Shown here piece after piece: positions 1 to 9,941 of a stretch of 64,000 nt of DNA (positions are counted from its first letter, which is position 1; the number at the start of each line of letters is the position of its first letter). Origin of the DNA: Phyllosticta citribraziliensis (taxonomy: Eukaryota); contig NW_027117338.1 in the NCBI RefSeq assembly GCF_038025025.1, forward strand, positions 3,038,001 to 3,102,000, in the 5' to 3' direction. The translations under genes and the position numbers were made by a program. The notes under the pieces were generated by a model, which saw only the letters and a list, made by a program, of their open reading frames with translations, was not told where the DNA came from and ran no database searches.

Positions 1-688
1 CTGGCAAACTTCTTTGCTCTGCCAACCAGGATCGGAGAGATCTACCAATGACGTAGGGCTCGGCGAGATTGCAGGGCATCTGGACTGGGCTTGAGATGAG
101 ATTCCTGGAAACCAAAGAAGATTGACCAAAGACGCGTCCGACAAGACGCTGGATACATTACCTTGGCCGAGCAGGCGGACATGGGCTTACGACGGGCTGG
201 TCTTGAGCGATCCCTGTCACCAACATAACCACTCAACGTCCTCTCTGTGCCTCCCTCCGTCTCCGCCTCCGCCTCCGCGTCAGCCATTGTGCTGGTGGCG
301 CGCCGCTGACCACGACGACGATCGACGCCGAGTGACATGACGATCTGAATGGAGTTGGGTGGGTCGCGCCAACCGCTGGACCCTACATCAATCCCACGAC
401 CCCCTCTGCTTGGCCCTCCTGCCTTCTCACCAAAATCCATCCGCCACCATGCTCACACGCCCGCTTTGCCTGCATCTTCCGCTCGAAAAATAATACTCCC
501 GCGCCGCATCGACCGATACCACTGCTTTCATCAGCAACAAAATCTCCGCCGCCTTGGTCACATCTTCAGCTCTGTCTTGAATTCAGCCACACACCTACTT
601 GCGTCGTTAGCGCTGCTCAAACCGACCAACACTTGCTCTTAAATACCGCCCTGCACCCACCGTCGCCGTCCGCAAGCCGAGCGCAACC

Positions 689-1933
689 ATGAGCGAACAC
701 CAAGCAGAGGACCGCAAACAGACGTCGGCGGGTTCGGCCTCGTCGACCAGCTCCATCACCCTGACCCGCCGCCATAATCGCTCGACGCGCACCTTCATCA
801 TCCATACCCTCGTCCGTCCATTTCGGTATTTTATTCTGAAGCCGGGCAAGCCTTGGCCCGCCGATTCGCCTCAATTGACACCGCACAAGTCTTGCTCAAA
901 GACATGTAGTGTCAACGAGCGTTTGGTCGCCAGCATCTACATTTACGACATAGAACCGCGCAAGTCGAAAACGACTACGAGCAAGAGGTCGACCAATGCC
1001 GCGGCAGCACATACGAGCGTGACAAAGGAGATTGCGCACGAGGGGGCTCAAGCAGACACTCTACAAAAGAATGAAAAGAGCGGCATTAAGCGGCGGATAT
1101 ACTACATTGCTGGAGGCAGCTGGAAAAAACCGCCTTCCATTGAGCACTGGCAACTTGCCGCCAAGATGGCTTCGGCAGTCCCGCACACTGCCGTCAGTGT
1201 CATCAGCGTGCCGTTGGCCCCGAGAGAGACGGCGCCGACAGCCTTCCCGAAGCTGCTTGCAATGTACGAGCAAGTCATGATCGAATCAAAAGAGAGAGGC
1301 GAGTACGTGATATGGGCCGGAGACAGCAGCGGCGCCAACATCGTGCTGGGTCTGATTGGAGAGGCATTGAGGGTGGGACGGCCAGGGCCGAACGGTACAG
1401 TCCGCACAACGGAAAAGGTCAGCTCGCCTACCCGACAAGCAGAATATATCGAAGAAGAGAAGCAACCGATCAATGATCGGGAGGGCCCGCGACCTCTACT
1501 CGCCCCCTCAGCGCTGTTCCTCATCTGTCCCAGCGTCGACGCGAATCGAGACAATCCGGACATTGCGAAGCTTGAGCGACTGGATCCGGTTCTCAAGGCG
1601 GACGATTCGAAGAAATTCGCTGTTGCTTGGTCGGGCGATTGGTCGGTGAACGATGAGCGAATATCGCCGGCGCTGGAAGGTAGGCCGGGCGATCATGTTG
1701 TGCAACTGTTGCACGAACGAGGAGTCAAGGTACACGGTGTGACGGCTGGATATGACATTTTGAGTCCAGACGGCATCAAGCTAAGAGATAGACTGGAGAA
1801 GGAGGGCGTTCAAGGCAAATGGCTGCATTGGGACAAGCAGATGCATTGCTTCCCGCTGGCGTGGATTTATGGGTTGCCAGAGAGCAAGAAGGGCTTGTTT
1901 TGGATTTTGGACGTGTTGAGCGAAGAGGAGTAA
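689..1933 (+). CDS. Alpha/beta hydrolase fold-3 (HSL-family) esterase/lipase, intronless
   Basis: 414-aa ORF with oxyanion-region YIAGGSW, nucleophile elbow WAGDSSGAN, acid residue in GYDILSPD and His in QMHCF. Confidence 0.88.
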   Translation: MSEHQAEDRKQTSAGSASSTSSITLTRRHNRSTRTFIIHTLVRPFRYFILKPGKPWPADSPQLTPHKSCSKTCSVNERLVASIYIYDIEPRKSKTTTSKRSTNAAAAHTSVTKEIAHEGAQADTLQKNEKSGIKRRIYYIAGGSWKKPPSIEHWQLAAKMASAVPHTAVSVISVPLAPRETAPTAFPKLLAMYEQVMIESKERGEYVIWAGDSSGANIVLGLIGEALRVGRPGPNGTVRTTEKVSSPTRQAEYIEEEKQPINDREGPRPLLAPSALFLICPSVDANRDNPDIAKLERLDPVLKADDSKKFAVAWSGDWSVNDERISPALEGRPGDHVVQLLHERGVKVHGVTAGYDILSPDGIKLRDRLEKEGVQGKWLHWDKQMHCFPLAWIYGLPESKKGLFWILDVLSEEE

Positions 1934-2729
1934 CGAGACTGAAACGGAAGAAAGGGAGCAGACCGTCGAGGCTCGGATCCGGGTCTCAAGCATCCGAAAG
2001 CATTGGTGGTGTTCGACTGCAAGAGTAGTAGATCAGGGACTGTGGCGAGCTTCCTGATTGGACGAATTTGGAACCTAGGCCATGGTGGAGATGTGGCGTC
2101 AGACGTAGGAGCATCAGGATACCCACTTTTCTTCTCCACTGTGCGTCAGAATTCAATGGCAGGGCACTGCAGCGAGGGAACAAAAAAGGCTGCACACGAC
2201 CAAGGCTGGGTGGCAGGCTTAAGGCAACAAACAAGACATCGGATGGCGGCAAGGATCCTCAGCCCTATCGAAGCTTATGAGGGCTCCAACACGACGGCGC
2301 CACAGTTGTCTTGACTGGAAGCCGAGAACGTGCGTAAATACCGGCCGGACGACAGGACGGATGCCATGAACGAAGGCAGCAACAAGAGGCGACCCGACGA
2401 CTGTGTGACGGCCCATCGTTCGCAAGGCTTGCCTTGCTGCTGTCGACGTGCGCTTAAACCAGACGGGCAAGTGCCTCGGCCAACAAGTTCCCCAGACGCC
2501 ACACCCTTCCCGCCCTTTTCGGCCGACAGACCATCGACTTCATGATCATGATGCGAGTCCTCCACAGAAGCTCCGAGGCTGCTGGGCCCGCTGCCAGACA
2601 ATTAAAACCGCGGCACGCCTGCCCACTGCCTCTGTGCTCAGCCCTTTTAACCCACTTCTTGACTCCAGTCCTTCTCCTGCTCCTATTACACCTGCTTGCT
2701 CACTTCCCGCGTCTCACTCGGCGAGGCAC

Positions 2730-4247
2730 ATGCCAAACGAAACCATGGAAAAAGACACTCGCACTGACTACGACGTCATCATCGTCGGCGCTGGCATTGC
2801 TGGCATCAACGGCGCATACCGCGTCCAGACACAGTTGCCCGAGGGCACGTCGTACGCCATCCTCGAATCTCGCGACGCCATAGGCGGCACGTGGGATCTC
2901 TTCAAGTACCCCGGCATCCGCTCCGACTCTGACCTGCACACCTTTGGATTCCCCTGGCGGCCATGGAAGGAGCAAAGAGCCATCGCCGACGGCGAGTCCA
3001 TCGTCAAGTACATTCGCGAGTCGGCCGCCATGTACGGGATCGACCAGAAGATCAAGTTCCGCCACAAGCTGCTGGCCGCCGACTGGCGTTCTGAGCTCCA
3101 GAGATGGCGCCTCAGCGTCGAGCACAACGGCGAAAAGAAGACGCTGACCTCGCGCTTCCTGTTCATGGGCACCGGATACTACGACTACCAGGAGCCGCTC
3201 GAGGTGACCATCCCGGGTCTGGAGAACTTCAAGGGCACCATTGTGCACCCGCAATTCTGGCCTGAGGATCTCGACTACACAGGCAAGAAGGTTGTCGTCA
3301 TCGGCTCCGGCGCAACAGCAATCACGCTGCTCCCCTCGCTGGCCGACAAGGCCTCGCACGTCGCCATGCTCCAGCGCAGTCCGTCCTACCTCCTGTCCCT
3401 GCCCTCGGCGTCGCCCGTCGAAAAGCTCATCAGCTGGATTCTCCCTGCGGCCATTGGCACCAAGCTCCTCCGCTGGCGCTGGCTCTTCATAGGATGGTTC
3501 TTCTTCAACTTCTGCCGCGCTTTTCCTCGCGCAGCGCGTGCCATCCTCCGCCTACGCACACAGAGCATGCTCCCCAAGAACGTCCCCCACGACCCGCACT
3601 TCGTCCCGCCATACAACCCCTGGGAGCAGCGCATGTGCGTGTGCCCCGACGCCGACTTCTTCGACGCGCTGGCCAGCGGCAAGACGAGCATCGCAACGGG
3701 ACACATCAAAACCGTGACCGCCGACGGCATCCAGCTCACCGACCCAGCGGCGCAAAAGCTCAACCCGCGCATCACGTCCGGCGTCGACATCATCGTGACA
3801 GCCACCGGCCTCAAGATCCTGCTGGCGGGCGGCACGCGGCTCAGCGTCGACGGAACCCCCATCGACGCGGGCAGCAAGTTTCTGTGGCGCGGGCTGATGC
3901 TGCAAGACGTGCCCAACGCGGCCTTCGTCATCGGCTACACCAACGCCAGCTGGACGCTGGGCGCCGACGCCACGGCGCAGCTCTTCACGCGCATCGTCAA
4001 CCACATGGCCGCCGAGGGCATCGCCTCGTGCGTCCCCACCCTCCCGCCCCACGACGCCGCCTCCATGGAGAAGCGCCCCACCCTCAACCTTAACTCCACC
4101 TATGTCAAGAAGGCCATGGATGCGCTGCCCATGACGGGCGATCGCGGTCCGTGGGTTGCGCGCAGCAGCTACTATCGCGATTTTTGGAATGCCAAGTTTG
4201 GCGATTTCAGAGATGGCTTGCTGTTTAGGCGGGCGGCGAGCGCGTAG
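2730..4247 (+). CDS. FAD-containing Baeyer-Villiger/flavin monooxygenase (EthA-like), intronless; start at 2730 or 2745
   Basis: Two Rossmann motifs (VGAGIAG, IGSGATA), GGTWDLFKYPGIRSDSD, BVMO fingerprint FKGTIVHPQFW, PWEQRMC, ATG motif and GYTNASWTL; strong GC3 codon bias begins at MPNETMEKD. Confidence 0.93.
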   Translation: MPNETMEKDTRTDYDVIIVGAGIAGINGAYRVQTQLPEGTSYAILESRDAIGGTWDLFKYPGIRSDSDLHTFGFPWRPWKEQRAIADGESIVKYIRESAAMYGIDQKIKFRHKLLAADWRSELQRWRLSVEHNGEKKTLTSRFLFMGTGYYDYQEPLEVTIPGLENFKGTIVHPQFWPEDLDYTGKKVVVIGSGATAITLLPSLADKASHVAMLQRSPSYLLSLPSASPVEKLISWILPAAIGTKLLRWRWLFIGWFFFNFCRAFPRAARAILRLRTQSMLPKNVPHDPHFVPPYNPWEQRMCVCPDADFFDALASGKTSIATGHIKTVTADGIQLTDPAAQKLNPRITSGVDIIVTATGLKILLAGGTRLSVDGTPIDAGSKFLWRGLMLQDVPNAAFVIGYTNASWTLGADATAQLFTRIVNHMAAEGIASCVPTLPPHDAASMEKRPTLNLNSTYVKKAMDALPMTGDRGPWVARSSYYRDFWNAKFGDFRDGLLFRRAASA

Positions 4248-4680
4248 ATGATGCGGGAGGGAGGGTGTGGATGACTGTCTTTGCTGCTTTGCTTCTTTTC
4301 CTCCTACGAAAGACCACGCGTATTTTCATCTTTACCTCCTTCTTGCCCCTTTTGATCGCACCATGGATGCATGAATGAAATGAGTATGTATGGGATGAAC
4401 GACGGACGAGGAGAAAGGATTAGGGGGAAAGGATTCGACATTCGATGTTCTACGAACAGGGGTTAGGCGCGCAGGGCTATGCTATGGTAAAAGGTAGATC
4501 GATGTTTTATACAGTCAGTCAATTCAAACATGATGGCAAGCAGTGGATGATACATGAGGAAGTGACGGAAAGAAGAGTGAGGTTGCCGCACGTAACCATG
4601 TATCCATGCGTGCATACAGCAGACGCTGACTAACAACCGATGGACGACAGACCACCAACGCCATCTTTTAGTCCCCATCA

Positions 4681-4735
4681 CCATTCTACTCACTCCCCCG
4701 GTATCCACTCTACTCAATCCCCCAGTATCCACTCT
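4681..4735. repeat. Imperfect 24-bp tandem repeat (~2.3 copies) just 3' of the CDC23 stop
   Basis: CCATTCTACTCACTCCCCCGGTAT / CCACTCTACTCAATCCCCCAGTAT / CCACTCT. Confidence 0.7.
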
Positions 4736-4754
4736 CACCCTCTTTTCTCTCAAC

Positions 4755-6974
4755 CTACACACTCTTCCCAGCCCCTCCCCCTCCCCCACCGCCCCTCTCA
4801 ATCCTCGCCCTCACATCCCTCACCAGCGCCTTCGCATCCTCAACATCGACGCCATCCTGGCAAAGCTCATTCGCCAACTCCATGCTGCGCTGGTAATCAG
4901 CATTGAAGAAGGCCCAGCGAGCCAACCACATGCGAGCCTTGCTGGTCGTCGGCGTCACGCCGACGCCCAGGGACTCGACTGCGCCGGCGGCGTCGCCGTT
5001 ATTGTTGTTATTGTTGGCAGTGCTGGGGCCGAGGCCAGAGTAGACTGATGGAGAGAAGTTGTGAGGTGACGCGTTGCCCGACTCGGACGAGTTGTCTGCG
5101 GCGCCGCCGGGAGCGCCTGGGCGGGTGGACGGGGGGGAGGCGGCGATAGGCCCGTCTTCCTGCGCCAGACAGAGCTCCATGTAGGCGGCGCACTCGGCGC
5201 GGTCGTCGAGGCGCTCGTACAGCAGCGCGATTTGGTAGAGGACCTCGGGGTCGAGGACGCCGCTGGCAGAGCCCATGTCGTCCGCGTTGCCATCACCACC
5301 GCCGCCAAAGCTGCCGCCGCCACCTCCTCCACCCTCCGCTGCTGCGCCGTGCCCGCTGTCGTAGTAGCTGCCGGCCACCAGCGCGCGCTTGTACGCGCGG
5401 ATGCCGTTGGCGATCTTGCCCACCTCGGCAAAGCACTTGCCGACCGCCTGCCACATCTTGGGGTCGTATGGCCGCAAGCTCGCCGCGCGCTGGAAGTAAA
5501 ACAGCGCGTAGCTGTACATTTCGAGCATCTCGTACGTCTGCCCCAGGCCGTACCAGGCGCGGTAGTCCTTGCGGTTGACGTCGACGGCCCGCCTGTACGA
5601 CTCAATCGCCGCGTGCGTGTTCTTCATCTCGACGTACTCGTGGCCCATGAGCGTCCAGGCCGACAGGAAGTTGCGGTCCAGTGTCAGGGCGCGCCGGAAG
5701 TACATGACGGCTTTTTCGTGCTCGGATTTGAGCGAGTAGTAGTTGCCCACCACGCAGCAGGTTTCGGGGCGGAACTTGTCGTTGGCCGTTGCCAATTGCG
5801 CGAGGAACGCCAGCTTTGGTCGTTGTGACATGACGTAGAGGATGTTGGAGTAGTTGTCGAGGGCGTCGAGGCGGTGCGGATCCAAGATTAGGAGCGAAGA
5901 AAAGATGGATTCGGCTTCCTCAAAGTCTTTGGAATGGTAGTAGAGGAGGGCGCGCTGCGTCTTGAGAAATGCGCTGTTGGGAAAGATTTGCGAGACTTCG
6001 GTGACTTCGTCGTGCACTTGGTCGGTCGATTGGTAGAGCTCTTGGTTCGTGTAAATGTGAAAGAGAAACGTCATGAGGTTTTGTGGCAATTGCTCCGTGA
6101 TGGCATTGAGCTCCTCGACGGAGCTGATCAACGACGACAGCTCTTGCCATGCTCCCCAATTGTACGGGTACAGGTGGACGCTGCGGATCAACCACTTCTT
6201 GGCCAAGTCGTCGTTCTTACTCTTGGCCATTACGATGCCGTAGAGATACTCCAACCAGCCAGAACCCTCCTTGCCATGACCATGTCGGTCTGTAAACCAG
6301 TCCTCCAATACTCTTGATATGCCCTTGAGCTCCTTGTTTATCGTCATGCCGCCATCTGCCGGGCCGAGAATCATCTCACTCTCTTCATCCTTTCTCTTCT
6401 CCCCCGCAATGTACTTGGCGTAGAGCGCCAGGAATAACGACTTTTGGCTGAGACCGGACAGCGAGTGTGGCTCCGGCCTGACCTTTTCCGGGCTTGCATT
6501 GGCGCGTCCCTTGCCTTTGGAGCTTGTCTTTGGTCGAGTCATCTGTGGCGTTGGTGGCACGGCCAAAGAAGTCCCCGACCACATGCTGGTCGGTATGAAT
6601 ATCGCAGCGCAGCGGTCATATTCGCGACAGTCAAAGTACGTCTTGGCCAAGAGGAACTTGTGAAGCTCTTTTGCTTCCAGTCGCGCTTCTGCTGGGTCCG
6701 CGGCAAATAAATCTTTCGGTCGGCTCGGCGAGGTGCTCACGGGTGAATCTGCGTCGGTGTCTGAGGCATACGTTAGGTCGGGTAATTCGAAAGAGTTGAG
6801 AAGTTCGGCCGCCCTGGCCACATAGAGTCAGGCGCTTGGCAACATGGTAAGCGTGTGCGAGAATTAGACCTACCATTTGGCCGACTGAAAGAGGCATCTG
6901 TCGGAGCATTGGACGACGGCGTTCTGGAGCTGCGCCTGGAGCTGCGCGCTCTCGGCGTCGCTCAGGCCGCTCAT
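4755..6974 (-). CDS. CDC23: Anaphase-promoting complex subunit Cdc23/Apc8 (TPR); exons 6974-6874, 6813-4755
   Basis: Exon 1 ...CSDRCLFQSAKW joins AAELL over a 60-nt GTAGGT..CTGAC..CAG intron (6873-6814); LAKTYFDCREYDR, RPETCCVVGNYYSL, AWTLMGHEYVEMKN and DYRAWYGLGQTYE are Cdc23 hallmarks. Confidence 0.96.
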
Positions 6975-7317
6975 CTCGTATCGGGCCGGCGCAGCGCGTC
7001 TGAGGGTGGACTTGGATGAGGCGATAGGATAGGCCACGATACGGGGCGTCGGCGCAATATATAGGCTGGACAAGGTCGGCGTGTCAATTGTCGCGGACGA
7101 TGCCGCTGGTGGCGCATGGAAAGGAAGGCAGCCCACCTAGGTAAACACGGCGCAACGGAGAAACTCCGGTAGGTGGCCCTGCTATTGTCCATCAACGGCC
7201 GTCAAAAGGCGGTCTTTGGACCCTGACGCCTCACTTTCGTTCGTTCGCTCGTCGGCTCCACTCTTTCTTCCTCCTCTGTCCACTTGTCCCTCAAGTCTAC
7301 GTCCAAGGTAGCCCGCC

Positions 7318-8412
7318 ATGCCCGTCACCCTCAAGGAATTCGAGTCGGTCTTTCCTCAATTGGTCGAGGATGTTCTTGCTCACTGCAAGAGCTACAACCT
7401 CCCCGACAATGCCCAGGAATGGTACAAAAAGGTAGCATTTGGGTCGCATGAGCTCTATGATACGCCGCGCGTGAGCTGACCTCTCCAGAACCTCGAACAC
7501 AACACTGTCGGCGGAAAATGCAACCGCGGCATGTCCGTCGTTGACACTGCGTCCCTCCTCCTCGGCCGCGACCTGACCAAAGACGAGTTCTTCCTGTCCG
7601 CCACCCTTGGCTGGATGGTTGAGCTCCTCCAGGCCTTCTTCCTCGTTGCCGACGATATTATGGATGGCTCCAAGACTCGCCGCGGGAGCCCCTGCTGGTA
7701 CCTCATGCCCGAGGTCGGCATGGTTGCAATCAACGACTCCATCATGCTCGAGGCGGCCATTTACCTGCTGCTCAAGAAGTATTTCCGCCAGAACAAGTAC
7801 TACGTGGACCTGTTTGAGCTTTTCCAGGAGGTCGGCTTCCAAACCGAGCTCGGCCAGAACTGCGACTTGATCACCGCCCCCGAGGACAAGGTCAATCTGG
7901 ACAACTTTAGCCTGGAGAAGTACCACTTCATTGTCAGGTTCAAGACTGCCTTTTACAGCTTCTACCTTCCCGTTGCTCTCGCCATTTACTTCTGCGATAT
8001 CGCGACGCCGCAGAACCTGCAGCAAGCCAAGGACATTCTCATCCCCATGGGCGAGTACTTCCAGGTGCAGGACGACTACCTCGACAACTTTGCCGACCCG
8101 CAGACGCTGGGCAAGATTGGCACAGACATTCAGGACAACAAGTGCTCCTGGCTCGTCAACCAGGCGCTCAACATTTGCACGCCCGAGCAGCGTAAGGTGC
8201 TGGAGGAGAACTACGGCCGCAAGGACAAGGATTGCGAGGCTCGGGTCAAGAAGCTCTACAACGAGCTCCAGCTCGAGAAGCTGTACCAGGAGTACGAGGA
8301 AAAGATTGTCGGCGAGATCAGAGACAAGATCTCCAAGGTTGACGAGAGCGAGGGCCTAAAGAAGGCCGTGTTTGAAGAGTTTTTGAGGAAGATTTACAAG
8401 CGCAGCAAATAA
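7318..8412 (+). CDS. ERG20: Farnesyl diphosphate synthase; exons 7318-7431, 7489-8412
   Basis: 57-nt intron [69 protein letters not shown]-terminal KIYKRSK. Confidence 0.97.
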
Positions 8413-9941
8413 GCGCGTCGTCTTGGTGTGGGGGGATGAACCTTGTACCGCATGCATGTAACGGCCAAGCAAGCATTTGACAGATAACCTTAACAGTAGA
8501 GCAGATACCCGTCAAATTGAGGCGCAAGTCTTGAACATGGATTTTCCACACTCGACACCGCTGCCATGAACTCGCGTTTGCGGGGTAAACTGACTGAATG
8601 GTAGATGAACCTTCTTCCGAATTCAGAATTGGGAAGAAGATGTATAACGAACTTGGCTGTCTTGATCTCGATAGCGGACTGTTCTCCTGTGATCACGCTG
8701 TTTGCATGCCATCCAACAGCCATCACAGCTACCAGTACCTCAATCGTCGGATCCGTCTTGTCAGCCTGCTGCCTTTCGAGGAGGATGTTGTGGATTTTGA
8801 CTCTAGCAACATTCACCAGTCCACGACACCACCAGTGCCCAAAACACGCCAGCAAGTGCTGGTATGGTTTCCATCACCATCGATCGCTCCCCCTACAACA
8901 TGATATCTCAAAGCCAACCATGACAGCAACTTGCCGAAGCAGCTTCTCAAAAAGCAACGCACCACCATCCAGTCACAAGACAAGTCGACAGCACGCACCG
9001 CCAAATACAGTACCATCCAAACCAACCTCGCCAAAGTCTCTGGGCATCTAGGCGCCATCGTCTTTCTCCCCTCCCAGCATCGTCGGTGTGGTCCATGTGG
9101 TGTGGCGGTGCAAACAGCCTTCCAGGCTGAGTGCGTCGGCAACTTTGTTCAAAGAGCGGGCGGGCTGACATGTGGTCGGGGGTGGGGTCTGGCGCGTGGG
9201 CGAGTTGGACATGTGAAACTGCCACGAGCTACGGGCAGGAATCCTTGTGCGTGCGAGGGCAGGGTTCGCTGGTATAAAATGGAGTTGACGGCGCGCGAAG
9301 TGAGGGCATTGCGGTGTCTAGAGTTGAGCACAGAACTCCTGAACAAGTTGTCAAGTTCGCTAACAATTACTACTGTGGTGGTTTTGGGGTCGCTGGTTGA
9401 GGAGATGGGCTTGAGAGTTCTTCTTGAACGCAGAGGTCTGATGGGTTCCTATGCTGGAGAATATAGCTGACTGTTGATGGTGTTGAAGGATGGTGAGTTG
9501 TAATACTGCTCTACAATATTGACAGAAAGGCTTGCTTATCGAATCTGGTCACGGATACTCTCGTCTCAGATGTGTTATCCCTGGGCTGTTCACAAAAAAC
9601 TCCTTCTAGAAAGTCTCGAAGAATTGCTCGAGGCCAATTAACATACTGCCAGACACAATACTTCTAGTCAATAATGGTGGTTCCTTCCACTAGACTCCCT
9701 CGCAGCTTTACACACCACTGACGCACGACAGTGGCTTCTGGACTTGGTTGTCTTTCCACGGCACGCCGCGCACCGCCAGTCGAACTGAATCCGGAGCCAG
9801 GGCCTGAAACCAAGTGTTGAAATGAACATGCACCCAGGACCTAAAACCGAGAGCCGAGAGTTTCGTCTGCGTCGTCGAAGTGCTGGCCACAGAAGTTGTC
9901 TCGGCTTCGTTGTCGTGTTCGTTTGCGGCGGCGGTGGCAAT

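Noticed and set aside
42..440. Minus-strand ORF with a possible intron at the left edge
   Set aside because: No recognisable domain, and the spliced frame ends in an early stop; cannot be supported without flanking sequence
8490..9470. Several 100-180 aa ORFs downstream of ERG20
   Set aside because: Mostly non-ATG starts, no codon bias or motifs
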